Assembly (NCBI RefSeq): GCF_009914755.1
Contig: NC_060929.1
Strand: one strand, 5' to 3'
Length of the DNA stretch: 64,000 nt
DNA from: the human T2T-CHM13v2.0 reference genome, Homo sapiens
The translations under genes and the position numbers were made by a program. The stretch's first letter is position 1. Each line of letters opens with the position of its first letter. The notes beneath the pieces are model-generated. The model did not search any database, was not told the DNA's origin, and saw only the letters and a program-made list of their open reading frames with translations. Shown in pieces: positions 23,123 to 36,729 of this stretch.

Positions 23123-24818
23123 TTATCTTTATTTGATTTGGTAGAGGGTTTTGGTAGAAATTGGTAAGAAGTTTCATTCATGAAGACAGACTTGGGAAAT
23201 TACATGTAATTATCCAAGCCTATACTCAACAAGAGGAAAAACAGAAAGAAGTTGGATGCTTCCCTTGGAGTGGAGGGTTTCTCAGAGGTTTCTACTGAGC
23301 AGGACACTCACTCTCTACCGTATCATTTTACCCACCAGGCCTGTATAATAAACACAACCTTAAGACAGTGCAGTCTACTTTCCGTCGTGTAGTAATAGGC
23401 TTCATCTGCTATTTCTAGCTAACAATTGTTCATTGTTCATGTTGCCTCAAGGTTTAGAAACCGGAACTTCTCCCTGGTTCCCAGGAAATTGAAAACAAAG
23501 AAGGAGGTAATTTCCACGTGTATAGCAGCCACTCCATTTGCTAAAGGTCTCAAGTCGGTTATCTGTGTTTTTTAGATGAGTCTGTAACAGATTTGATTTT
23601 TGTGTAAATCTCAGACAGGAGATAAAGTCTTCTCTTGAATTTCCATTTAGGTTGTTTGTTTGAGGCTCAAATGAGCTTTCTGGACAGACTTGGTAAGTAT
23701 TGTTAAGTTTGACTAAAGTACCCATTTGTGATTTCATAAGGGGATCAGTAAATCTTAATCTTCTAGTCCTCTACCTTGCTACTGTCTAGAGCCAGTGCAT
23801 AAAATGTCACAGTGATAATTTTTACCTCCATCTTAATTATGAACATTTTAAGCTAAGGGAGCTAAGGGAGACAGACTCATAAGTATCAAATTGGTTTTCT
23901 TTGTTCCTATACCCAGATTTTCATATGGTCAAAATACCCATGGAATATATGAGTGGCAGCAGTAAACAATCCTTGAAGTTCTTGCTTGTTTAACTTGACT
24001 GTTGGTGATGCCCAATGAGGCCCTGTCTGCTCCAAGCAAATTACATAAAAAAGATGTGAATAAAAACTCATCAAATACTAACAGAGGTGAGATCTGGGAG
24101 GAGTGGAATTACATTTATGGTCTGTTTGTTTTCTTTTTCTTACTTTTCTGAATTTTTATACAGTGAGTATATGTGTGTATGTGTGTGTGTATTTTAAGTT
24201 TTTGTTTACAAAAGAGATAAGTACATATGTTTGTTTTTTTAAAAAATCAAGCTATAAAGAAGTGTATAGAGTAAAATACATAAGTTTTTTTTATTCATCC
24301 TCTAACCACACTCTGCTTTCTAGAGATCATAATTGGTTTGTGTGTAAATTTCCAGACCTTTTCTCTGTTTTACCTGTGTAATTGTTAACATCATATTGAA
24401 AGCATGAGATTCCATACAGTACAGGTAGAAAACAGTTTCCCCTTGCTGTCTCTATAACTATAATATGCAGATTCATTCTCACACTCTTGGACAATCATGT
24501 AGAATAACAACTCTTCCAGTCCCTTCAAGTCCCACCCATCACCCCAGGCACTCTGGCTCTTGGTGCATCTAGTGGGTTCCCGCGGCTTGTGGGCAGCCGC
24601 TGACAGATGCAGGTGCTGGCTGGGGAGAGTAAAAGCTTGCCCTCCACCCAGTAGGTGTGTGTGTGTGAATGTGATCAAGAGATAGGAAGGTTATGGGTGG
24701 AGTGTTGTCAACCTCTCTACAGGTGGGGCCCTTTTCAAGACCATCCTGGCTGGCTCCCTTGCATATGGCCTAAGGGCAAGACTGATGCACTCTGGCTCCT
24801 GCTGCTGGGAGATGTGCA

Positions 24819-24890
24819 GTCTGCTGCACTGCAGCTCTCTCAGTACCTGGGCCTGTCTGCTGCACTGCAGCTCTCTCAGTGCCTGGGCCT
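24819..24890. repeat. 36-bp tandem duplication with 1 mismatch
   Basis: gtctgctgcactgcagctctctcagt(a/g)cctgggcct twice. Confidence 0.93.
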
Positions 24891-25339
24891 CCGCACGCAA
24901 TTTGCAGCCTCTTGCTAGTAGACGATCTTTGGTCTTGAATCAAGCGCCAGTCTACACTTGGCAGACTCCAGCATTCAGGGAGATCTCCTTGAAACCTCTC
25001 TTACTTAGAAAGAGGTAAAGGTGGAAACACCACCACACCCTGAAAAATCATTCCAAAGGAATTCTTTCAGCATTTTCAGTTTCAGTCCTTTTATAGCCTT
25101 GAGGCGAGTGATGGGCTAATGGTTGCAGTTGTCTCCTTTGCAAGTCCTGTCTAGGTGGTCTAGAAACTCATTTTAAAATGTGAGACCACTAATTGCCTCT
25201 TGCTTTGTTCTGGGTCTTCTGGGGCCTTAGACAAAGCTGAAAAAGAGTCTCCTTTTCACATTTTGTTATAGACCTAGGTAAATCATTGTTTTTCCATAAG
25301 TTGGAACATATTAATATTCTGTAAGTTGCTGTCTTAATT

Positions 25340-25920
25340 GTCAATATATCAGTCTTTTCATATCGGAAGATGTTGAACTGTCTCATTCTTTTTAATGGCA
25401 GTGTATTGGGTAGATAAACTAGTCCATTGGGTAGGTAAACCAGAGTTTATGTAACCATTTCTCTTTTGATAGGCTAATTCTAATTTTTGGCTTTTACAAG
25501 TAATGCCACTATAAATAATTTTTAAATTCACATGAGTGTATCTGTGTGTGTGTCTGTGTGTGTGTGTGTGTGTGTGTGTATATACATGAAGTGTAGCCAA
25601 AGGTAGGTACTAGAAAAATTTTGCTAGATACTACCAAAGTGACTCCAGGAGAGTTGTATGAATTTCTGCTTTCTTCAGCAGTGCTTAAGAGTGAACATTT
25701 CCCCACACCCTCACTACATATTTTCATTGTTTTTAATCTTTGCCGTTTTAGAGGCTAACAGTGACCTTGTTATTTTATTCTATTATTTTCTTGATTACTA
25801 ATAAGGTGAGATATTTTTTCTCACTTTTGTCCATTTGTATCTGTGCTCCGTGAATTGCCTATCACATATCCTTCATCCAGTTTGGGGTTCTGGGTCTTTC
25901 TCAGCACCTTGTAGTTTAAA
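25340..25920 (-). mobile_element. Old L1ME fragment containing a (TG)n tract (25543-25578); a probable 3' portion lies at ~24190-24440
   Basis: 'cattctttttaatggcagtgtatt', 'ttcagcagtgcttaagagtgaacatttccccacaccctc', 'ccatttgtatct...gtgaattgcct'. Confidence 0.6.
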
Positions 25921-28664
25921 TAAGGAGAAGATGTCAAAATAATGAAGCAAAGACAGATTGTAGTGACTTGCTGAGAACCCTGGTCCCACTCCATGGGGAC
26001 AAGAAATGGTGGAAGTTCTACGGCTCAGACTATATCACTTGTTCCCCTCAAAACTGTTTGCAAGTCTGAATCTGAAACATAGGCTAAGTCTTCTCTTCCT
26101 TCAAACTGACAAATATACTTTTATTAATAAAATTTTAGCCAATTCCTTGTATTTGACTGAGAGCGTGTACAAACTTATTTTGAATCTGAAGCCTAATGGG
26201 TTGTATTTATGCCTCTTTGTCTCTTCTTAATTCTACACATATTAAAAATTACTAAAGCCATATTGGATTTCAAGAAAAAAACCAAAGGAGATTTTTCAGA
26301 GCACCTAGCAGCCATGGCAACATGCCTTTACAAGGGGCATGTACTCTGTTAAAAAATATTCCACTTACAGGTAATGACAGACATTTGCCAAACAGCCCCA
26401 AGCTAACCCAAGAAAGAATGGGCAGATGGTTTGAGGTGTGTCAGGAATAGGATTTACAAAATAAGATTATGGTTATGCTGGAAAGTAACAGCAATGGTTG
26501 TAAACAAATGGAACAGACTTACTTTTTGCCACGGGGCAGAGGAAGAAAGGGGTTTTGCATTGCTGCTTGTGAACTAGTGTTGGCTCACTTAGATACACAG
26601 CTCTCTGGGATTTTATGTATGTTGTTAGGCACTTGTATAAGACACATGACTGGGCCTCCAATTGAGTTTCTTCTGATCTGAAGCAGGGAAACTTCATTCT
26701 AGTTCTAGAAGCCCCTGCTGGTGTTGGCCCTGTCTTGGTTGTGTCTGGCAAATGAATCTGCATCCTTCTCCACGTGAATTTAACTATCATACCAGTTACG
26801 AACTATCAGTTGAGAAGACACTGGAGAGAACCAGCCTGTTTATTCCTGAATGTATATTTTTGACTGTGGGAATTAGAGTTATAACAGAGGAAGGTACAGA
26901 ACACCTCCCAATATGATTGATCTATTTGCTCATCAGCCCAAATCCTGGACCTTGAAGTGGTAATGAATGAGTCTGCCTCTGCCCTGAATTTAAAAATCTC
27001 AGCTCTCTCTTTTCCAATTAAATTAAGATTTAGAAAGATAGTGCTTCCTCTCTTGGGAGAATTTGGGCATTTTCCAAGGGAAAAGAGAGAGGGTTGTCAA
27101 AGGGGATTTGTTGACAATGACATGAGAAGAAGGTGATGACAAAGAAAGACTGAAGGTCTCAGACTTTGGGATGGGGTCGAAGCTCTCTCACCTGGTTAGG
27201 AACTGTCACCATGCAAGTGAAGGGTGGAATTTGGCTTTTAGAATATATTTCCATTAGCTCTGGAGTTTGACAGCTAGCTCCCAATGGCAGCAAAGCATGT
27301 GAGGCCTCCAAGTTGGCAAGGCTGATCTCTGACTAATGGGGAAAAATTACCCAATTAGAATTAGCAATCTTGCATCACTGATCAGAATCCTTACATTACC
27401 CTTCATGTGGGGGAAAAGAACAAGACCTTCAAAAGGAGTTGGACTGGTTTTAACATGGCCTGTTGGTCACTGAGACAGGAAATATTTAACATGGATTAGA
27501 TGCATTTGGAATTTGTTTGACTTGTCTTGAGCCTAAGGTTTCCAGGTATTAGTGGTATTGAGCACTCATTTAGTGCTTTTATGTATTTTTTAAAAAGTGC
27601 CCTCTCATTATTTCTAGGTAGATACAATTGGCCCTGTTTGATCTTGTTTATTTGTACTGGATTTTTCAACTTAACACTTTTGGAGAAGTGGAATCTCTTG
27701 AGTCTTAAGCTAGGAAAACCAGTCTTGGATGAGTGTCCCAAAAGAGAACGGTGTTCTTATCATGAATTGATCCCAGATGGATTCTGGAATGAAAGGATTA
27801 ACAATGATGTAAAAATGGCCTAAGCACGTGATAGTATACAACAGTGAGTCTTTGAAAGTAGGCTTGGCCACAGCCACGTATGTCTTCAGAGCTGGAGGTT
27901 AGATACCATTTACTTTGGACTTTGGATGGCATATGGTGGTCGGAATGATTTAAAAATGTTAAATTAGGCTGTTGTTGAAAGATGGCATAATTTGAGAACA
28001 GATGCAGCAAAACGAAACAATGAACTTGCCTTCCTCATAAATGATGTCAGAAATGAGAAGCTGAGGGCCATAGGCCAGGACAGAGGAGACTTAGCTTCTT
28101 TATCTTGTCTTCTTAGATTGTGTTGAGAAATCCTGTTCTTGAGCATGTGCTACTGTGTCTTTTGGAAGACAATAATAGCTGGGCAGAGGAAAATGTTGTG
28201 GCTTTTTGACCCCTCTCTGACCAGGACAACAAATATAATGACAATAATAAAAATACCCAGAGCACATCTTTATTTATCTCTTCATGGGAAGTTGTAAGAC
28301 TGAAAGGGGCTTTTATTTAGTGGGTTCTACCAGTGGGAAGATATTCAGACAACACTGAACCCACACATTTGACTCTGGACCAGAGGCCGCATGTCTGACC
28401 CCAGGTAACTGGGGTATCCTGAGCAGACTGCAGGGTTAGATGGAATGATCTCTTCTCTATTGTCTATTGTGATCTGTATACTTACAATGAATTTTTCAAG
28501 ACTCAGGCTACAAAATGCATTGGCTAAGAAATGACTAGGAACCAAGGGCAGAATGGGGGTAAAGTGAATTCCAGCAAAATGCTGTCCCTTCAATGAGTCT
28601 TACTGGAAAGACCAAGTGGCCAACTGGAACACCTCCATGGGATACAGGAAGTATGGGGCTTTGG

Positions 28665-28668
<4 letters not shown>

Positions 28669-28705
<37 letters not shown>
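28669..28705. repeat. (AC)18 microsatellite
   Basis: Perfect run. Confidence 0.95.
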
Positions 28706-28706
<1 letters not shown>

Positions 28707-28772
28707 CCTACTTTAGCACAGACCCAGCCATTTGTGAATCCAGATTTCATGGGGGAGATTCTGAGTCTGAGA

Positions 28773-29265
<493 letters not shown>

Positions 29266-29530
29266 CTTGGTTAGCAGTTTGCTGAGATGGTTACAGACAG
29301 TCTCTCTTCTCTTCCAGATTCACTAGAAATTGCCATTAGACTCTAGGCTTCCTGAGGGGTGGGATCACCTTACATAGCATTTGGTTTTCCACAGCATCTA
29401 ATTTTCAAGGGATAATTGTGAATGTATTTGCATCAGAAAGAGGAACCTATTCATTGCTAGTAGTTTTCCGGGCTGTCAGTCAGGGCACCGGGTTCTATCA
29501 TCAGCTTTCCCATTCATTAGGTAGAGGACC

Positions 29531-29668
29531 TAGGGGTAGGTCCAGATAAAACACAGGATGCCCAGCAAAAATTTGAATTTTAGATAAACAATCAATAATT
29601 GTTTTGTATGCATATGTCTCATGCAATGTTTGAATATGTATTTTTATTTGCTCAATCTGGCAACCCTA
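29531..29668. mobile_element. MER53 (hAT MITE), internally deleted, within a MIR remnant
   Basis: 'ccagataaaacacaggatgcccagcaaaaatttgaatttttagataaacaa...aatctggcaacccta'. Confidence 0.82.
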
Positions 29669-30620
29669 CCCCGGGATATCTTCTTAGTCTGAGATTATTC
29701 ACTTGTAAACTAAGGAATGCAGTTGTCAGAGATTAAACAATTTCATTTGAAAGGAAAAAAACTTAAAGAAATTATAATCACTTTTAAATAAGGTAAACTT
29801 AAATTGAAGTTTGACAAATTCCTTGTTTGCACTCCATTTAGGATTTCCGAAAGCAGGTTCTTAAATGGAGTGTCTAGGTATTCATAATGGTGACCAGACA
29901 GGCATACCCTAGAGTTATTATAAAAGCACTTATTTTTCTCCATTTAATGGTGTTTGTTTAGATTTTAAGGGAGTCTTTCAGGTTATTTGCTTAACACTGA
30001 AATGTGGTCTTTTCAGTTTCTTTAGAGATTGGAGACATTTGATTTTGAAAAGCCCCTCTCTCATCAATTAGTATCTTCATTTCTAAGCATACAAGAGGGT
30101 CTCTAGTTAGCTGAAGATATGTTTTTTGTCACAAGCAAATGGAAATTTTTTTTGTCTTTCAGACCCAAACTTAAATATTATTGTGTATGTGTGTCTGCAC
30201 TTGTGTGTGTGACATTTGTCCCATTTTATTGAATGCCCCCATATGCAGCAGTTCTAGAGTTCTAAGACCTTATTACAAAGTATATGCATATATACAATTG
30301 TCCAGTGCTAAGATGAAGGGAATAGAGTCTCTCTGTAAATTAGAGAATCATTAAAATTGGAATTTCCAAATGAGTTTTTCCATGTCTGAAATTTCAGGGA
30401 ATGGAATGAGTCAGATGTCCAAGGAAGGTAATTAGCAGTTTACCTATTCTTTTAAAAACAGTCACACAACTTTTGTAAGACAAAGACATTCCTAGTTTCA
30501 CTCCACATTTAATAACCTGGGGTTAGGAAAGCTTTCAAGGACTGTTGGGGGTATGTTTTATATGGCTACCAGAGGGAAATTTTGGGACTTTTTAGACCAA
30601 AGTGAGTTATATAACTTGGT

Positions 30621-31036
30621 TGCTATGGTTTGAATATGATTGTTTCTACCAAAAACCATACTGAGGCTTGGTTCCCAATGTGGCAGTGTTGGGAGGTGGT
30701 GCCTTAAAGAGGTGATTAGGTCTTTAAGATGCATTAATGTCTTTCTCTGGAGATGGAGTTAGTTGTCTTGGGAATGGATTACTTCCCTCAAGAGCACATT
30801 GTTATAAATTGAGGTTGCCACATGTGTCTTGCCCTTTTTTCCATTCACCTGGTTCCCCTTCTATTTCTCTGCTATGTTTGAGGCAGCATGAGGCCCTCAT
30901 CAGAAGCCACCAGATGCAGCTGCCAAATCTTGAACTTCTCCGCTTCTAGAACTGTGGGCTAAATAAACCTCTTTTTAAAAAATAAATTACCCTATCTCAG
31001 GTCTTCTTTTAGAACAACACAAAATGAACTAAAACA
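30621..31036 (+). mobile_element. MST-family solo LTR (ERVL-MaLR)
   Basis: Starts tgctatggtttgaatatg, includes 'cccaatgtggcagtgttgggaggtgg' and 'aaataaacctcttt...aaattaccc', and ends gaactaaaaca. Confidence 0.9.
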
Positions 31037-31459
31037 ATGTCAACATTAAAAATGAGAGAAATGTTAAAATATATTTTAAAAATGACTTCTATAATACCTA
31101 TGAGAATCTGCCATTTTCTGTTATTTTAAGAGCCAGGCCAAAGGAAAAATAAAGGTCACTGAATCCACTGGATTGGAATGCCTTTACTGTCCTCCAGTCT
31201 CTCTTCCCTTCCATATGCAGAAACATTTAGGGAGTGTGCACTTTTTGATTACTCTCTTCTTCCCAATTAGGACGCTTAATGGACAGTGTTATATATCCCA
31301 ACCTCTTCCTTGCCGTTTCCCCTCCCTGATGTTTCTTGGGACCAGATACCACAATCTGGCATAGCCTGCTCTTGTGACTGGTTAACAAACCTCTCAAAAT
31401 ATTCTACTCCTTGCTGTTTGTTTCTACTTTAATACCTGCACTTCTAGCAAATTCTACTT

Positions 31460-31695
31460 CAAAAACATTATACAATACTATGTGCTAAGCCTTATGCCAA
31501 ACATTTTATATGCATGATCTCATTTAATCTTCACAACAATCCTGTGAAGTAGATATAACTGTCTTCAATTAATGGATGGGAATTCTGTAGCCTATAGAAG
31601 TTGAATACCTTCCTCAAGGCCACACAGGTCCTAAATGTCACCAGTAGAATTTGAACCCAGGGCTCTGGAGCTTTTGATCACTATGTTATACTAAG
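31460..31695 (-). mobile_element. MIR
   Basis: 'atctcatttaatcttcacaacaatcctgtgaagtag...ctcaaggccacacag...atttgaacccagg'. Confidence 0.8.
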
Positions 31696-31698
31696 ATA

Positions 31699-32021
<323 letters not shown>

Positions 32022-32084
32022 TCCGAACTAAGATACTAGTTCTTTAATGAAAGTGACATCATTTATTAATGACTAGTGATTATT

Positions 32085-32310
32085 ATTTTTATGCAACATT
32101 TATCGAGTACTTACTATGTGTCAGTCACTGTGATAGGTGCTTTATCGATCATCTCATTTGTAGCAGGGTTAAGCAGAATTATAACATATTCTACAGAATT
32201 ATAATGTATTGATAAGGGATGAGACTCAAAATGTAACTTTTTCAAAGTCACACAGTTGAAAAAAAGCAGACCTAGGAGCCCAGACCATAAGTATTTATCT
32301 CAGACTTTTA
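32085..32310 (-). mobile_element. MIR
   Basis: 'aacatttatcgagtacttactatgtgtcagtcactgtg...ttcaaagtcacacag'. Confidence 0.65.
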
Positions 32311-32825
32311 TGGTATTCCCTCTCTAACCCTCTTCTTTGAGAGTCTTCCAGTTATTTCCAGTTACAGTGTAGAAGAATTTCAATCCAAGAGGCTGTTCTT
32401 CCACCAATGGCTTTCTGTCTGCCTTTCATCTCCTCCAGGGCTGGAGTAGAATCATTGCAGAGGTATCTGCGCATGCTGTTAAATGTGGCACTAATGCTGC
32501 CTGTCCTGAAATAAACTTGGATTGGCTATCCAAGATGGCATTAGCTACCCTTGAAATGAAACGACCTTTCCCTTGGGTTCATTGAGTGAGGCCGTTGTTA
32601 TCAATGAAGACATGCTTGAGGCTGTGCTAAAGGAAGAATGCTCCACCTTCTTGGAGTCTGATGTGACCAACATGGTTCTACAAAAATATCAAGTCAAAGA
32701 TTTGATCTTGAAGAGAAGGAGTCTGATCTTAGCAAAACGAAAATGGTTCAGCATGTGGCATCTAAAGATATTGTGAATCTTGTGAACTTGTTTGTTAAAT
32801 GGGACATTTAGGAGCAGATGTGGTG

Positions 32826-32941
32826 TATGGTGATCATATGTCCTGGCTGTTGCCTGTTTTATCTCAATATAATTAACAATGGTTATTCAATTTCATCCTC
32901 AAAAGTGTCCTGGTTTGGATGATAAGCTATATGGTTCCCTG
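32826..32941. mobile_element. MER94-like hAT-Blackjack MITE
   Basis: 'ggtgatcatatgtcctgg...ctcaaaagtgtcctggtttggatgataagctatatggttccct'. Confidence 0.7.
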
Positions 32942-32971
32942 TCTAACAGAAGCAAAAAACTAAATGCTAGT

Positions 32972-33360
32972 TTGTTCATCCATTCATTTATTCATTCAAC
33001 AAATATTTATTGAGTTTCTACCTACTCTGTACCAGACACTGCTATGAAAGTTAAACAGATGAGGTGCCTGTCTTCATTGGAGATTAAAATTTAGTAGTGG
33101 AGGTTGAAAAGTAACAAGTAAACGATGGAATAAATCGATTATTAGAAGCCGTGATAGGAATTATGATGGAAATAGCTCTGAAGGAGAAAAGAGTGGCAGA
33201 GGTGGCCCCTCTCGAGAAATCTCGACCTGGGGAATTTGGAGGATGAGGAGGAGCCAGCCATGGGATATGTGGGTGGAGTTAGACTGAAGAGCCTGCATGA
33301 CAATCTGGAGTGGGATAGAGCTAGGTATGTTCCCAGGATGGAAAGGATTGAGAATCTAGA
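32972..33360 (-). mobile_element. L2 3' end
   Basis: 'ttcatccattcatttattcattcaacaaatatttattgag...gtaccagacactg'. Confidence 0.78.
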
Positions 33361-35384
33361 TCCATTTGAGGGAGTAAGGGAAGGCTTCAAGGAGAAGGCA
33401 GAAGGAAGCTTATCCACAGACTCTTGAAAGATGACTACTGGGCAGGTATTTCACTGAGCAGGGGCAGCATGAGTGAGGTGCAGAGTGGGTGGTTGAGTAG
33501 CAGGTGTTCTAGCCGGACTGCTCTGTGTGATCCCGTGGAAAGCAGTGGGAGAACATGCTAGAAGCTGAATTGAGCTGGCTGGGGAGTTGCAATGTATAGT
33601 TTCTAGTTAGATGCTTCTAAGAAGATGGCCTGGATTCAAAGTTATGCCTATGCTGAATCTTAAATTCTGCTTCTTGGTTTTTATGTCAGTGTTCCAGTTG
33701 TTTAATTAACAAAGTAAACAATCTGCTGGTTTTGTGATAGATGAATCTTCCAGATGGAAGAAATGTCTTTGTTTCATTTTAGACTTAAGGTCAGACTTGG
33801 GCATTATGGAAGGACTTACAAGGCACAGTCTATTTTAATGACCATAATTCTAGTTTGGGCATACTTTAAGATACGAGAAAAATATTACTTGAATTGCAGG
33901 TGCTCAATTCTGACACTCCTTCTCCCTCCATCTACTCCCTTATCCCCTAGCTCTCATCTTCAAATTTCATGGGGAATCTCTGAACGAATTCAACAGGCTT
34001 TAGCAGGGCTTTAGAACTGCATTTCAGATATATCATGACTTCATGTAAAGTTAGGTTAAGGCTCAGATTTCTGAATTAAAATATGAATTTATTCCATGGG
34101 TTAAGTTGATATGTAGGAAGAATTAAGAGTGATTTGCAATTTATCTGAACTATTTATAGAGCTATTGACTATTTCATTCCCTCTCTCACCACTCAGATTG
34201 GCCCTTGTTCACTAACCCTTATGATGCCTTGGTTCAATCTTCAAAAGGCATCTCTGCTTCCCACCCCACACTACACTGCACATTGGGCAAGAGGAATGTG
34301 GGCTGGATCTCAGTCTCCAGTCATCCTTCTGGCTGGGTGTCCTTGTGCAGTGAACAACCCGTACAGCAATATATAGCAGCCCTGACCATTTACTGTTGTA
34401 ATTCCAAACATTTGGAAGATCTCAGCTTCTAGCAGAGGGTGGCAGTGGGCCTGAATATATTTCCCTAAGGCAATATTTCTGAAAACACACACTAACTTGA
34501 AAAAACATCGAGTAAACTTTGTTCTGCTTACAACAACTCAATTTGTGTTTTATTAGTGTGTATAGAGCCACTGGAGAAAGTCCACTTCTAAGAAAGTCTT
34601 TAGAAAACCCCAAATTTTCCATTACTATGTTTTGGTGGGTAATTCTTGACCAGTCCTCATTCTACGGAACTCACAAAATCAAAGAGCTCATCAGTATGTT
34701 AAGTGACAAAATGTTCAACTTCTTTGTAATTCCAATATAAACTCATTCAGTGATCTGTGTGATTCAATTCACATCTCCCTTGAGAGACACTTCATGCATA
34801 GCAAAGTACTCAAGGAATGTGCAACTAAAGAGCCACACATCTTATTTCTCCCTGGGCTCTCAAGTGAATGACAGATTCAGCTCCAAAAGGTGAGGAAAAC
34901 TGTCACACCAATGTAGCATTCTGATTGGCTGTGCTATTTGGATCTGTAGAGACTTGCAAAACAAAAGTCAGGGTATTTTCCCTCTTAAACCGGGTTTATA
35001 AATAGTTGCCTAACGCCCTGGGCAGGGTTGTTGCATGAAAGGATTATTGCACTTTTTGTAGAGGCTCTTGGTCACTCTAATTTTGGATACATACCTTACT
35101 ACATACAGGAGGCATGCAGGAATCAGCTCTCAGAAATGCCCTGGTTGATATGTCTCATAGCATAATTATAGCAAAGCGCATTTACAGCACTAATGGCTTA
35201 AATATCAGCAATATCTATAATACAGGCTGATAAGCCTTAGGTTTCTAGGCAATTCAGCCCACAGATATGTACTGATATACTGCACAGTAATTACCACTTG
35301 GGTTCAGTTGTCCTACCAGTAGAGTTAGTCAAACTCTGGATTCTCAGTGAAATTATCTAGAAGTCTTATACCTTATCTGTTAAC

Positions 35385-35620
35385 CCAGTGTTTTTTGGAC
35401 TGTGGGTTGCAACCCACTAGTAGATTATGCAGTCAATTTAATGGGTCATGGCCAGTGTTTGGGGGATCTATGATATTAAATAGAATAGAGTCAGCAGAAT
35501 AACGTAGAATACTAAATATCAAAGTGGATTATTCATAATAAAGGTTAGTATTGATTGAAATTTTACTCCATATTTTATCCACTCTAAGACATACTTTTTT
35601 TTACTATAGATCTTTGAAAT
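35385..35620. mobile_element. hAT-Charlie-type DNA transposon remnant
   Basis: 'cagtgttttttggactgtgggttgcaacccactag...tcaatttaatgggtcatggccag'. Confidence 0.55.
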
Positions 35621-36729
35621 CAGGATATCTTATAATTATAATAGGTAGTTTTTCTTTCTCAGTCAGTGATAAAACAATGGTATATCTTGCAATCATGGCA
35701 ACTTAGATTTGGTATATGAGCACATTGGGTTTTGATGTAAAATATATCTCTTTTTGTGGTCATGGTCAAAAGAGCTTGAAGAAGACAGATTTGATTCAGT
35801 CTTTCCAGGTTTCCCTCTCCGCTGGAAGTTGGGTGGTTGGTCCCTTGCTGCCTGGAATCTTTGTGCAGAGTTTCTGACCCTCAATATCACCCCATTTCCC
35901 GATGAGGAATGGCTGGGCTCCCTCAACAGGGAATTACACATTCAAAAACTGTCATCTCTCTGCAGCCTGTCTTGGATGTTGAAGATGATTCAACCAGGAT
36001 GGCAATAATGTCAGAGATCTCAGGTAATGAGTTTCCCTTGTGTGACCCTCCAGTTTGCTGTTCATACCAGTGCCTCCTGGAAGGGATTTCTTGGTGATGT
36101 AGAGCTTGGTAGGTGGCAGAGAGGGATGCTTTTAGATTTTGGTTTTATGGGCACTATCTCATAAGCCTTCTTGTGGTTTTTCCCATTAGCCAGGGCTTCC
36201 TGTGGCTACTATCACCAGTGAGGTTCACAAGAATAGTGGTCATTTAAGGATCTTGATGTTTTTAATGTCTCAGTTGGCTTCTGCTTCTTTTTTAAGGCTG
36301 ACCACTCAGTGGGACTCCCAGCACCCTCCACCCCCAGAAGGTAAATCACGGGTCTCTGCTGAACCCTCACACTCAGATAACTTTATATAAATATATAAGG
36401 GAAACAGGTCTGTATTACACCAGGGTATCATACTCCTACTTTTCTTCTGCTCTGTTCAGAAAAGGAAAGTTTTAACCCAAAGGAATGAGCCACTTACTGG
36501 AAATTTTAGATTCTGTGGCAATTGAGAAGAGGAGTTATATTTCCCTGCCATTTTTTGGGCCCTGTTCCTACCTTAAATCTTCTTTAAATGCTCATCTTAT
36601 TAATTCCCCAAATACTACCAGCTAGCAACTTGAATGCTGCATAAAACCTTAAAAACATCTTCTGTCAGACTCAGAATTTAAATGTACTTTGTATATAAAT
36701 CCTGCCTGCTTTCCTTGAGTTAAACTGTT

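Noticed and set aside
29531-29668. Hairpin as a possible miRNA precursor
   Set aside because: The symmetry is explained by MER53 terminal inverted repeats, and this copy lacks much of one arm.
29300-30165. Strong isolated splice acceptors (about 29317 and 30161; also 8459, 16617, 17897)
   Set aside because: I could not pair them with convincing nearby donors, and such motifs are common in AT-rich DNA.
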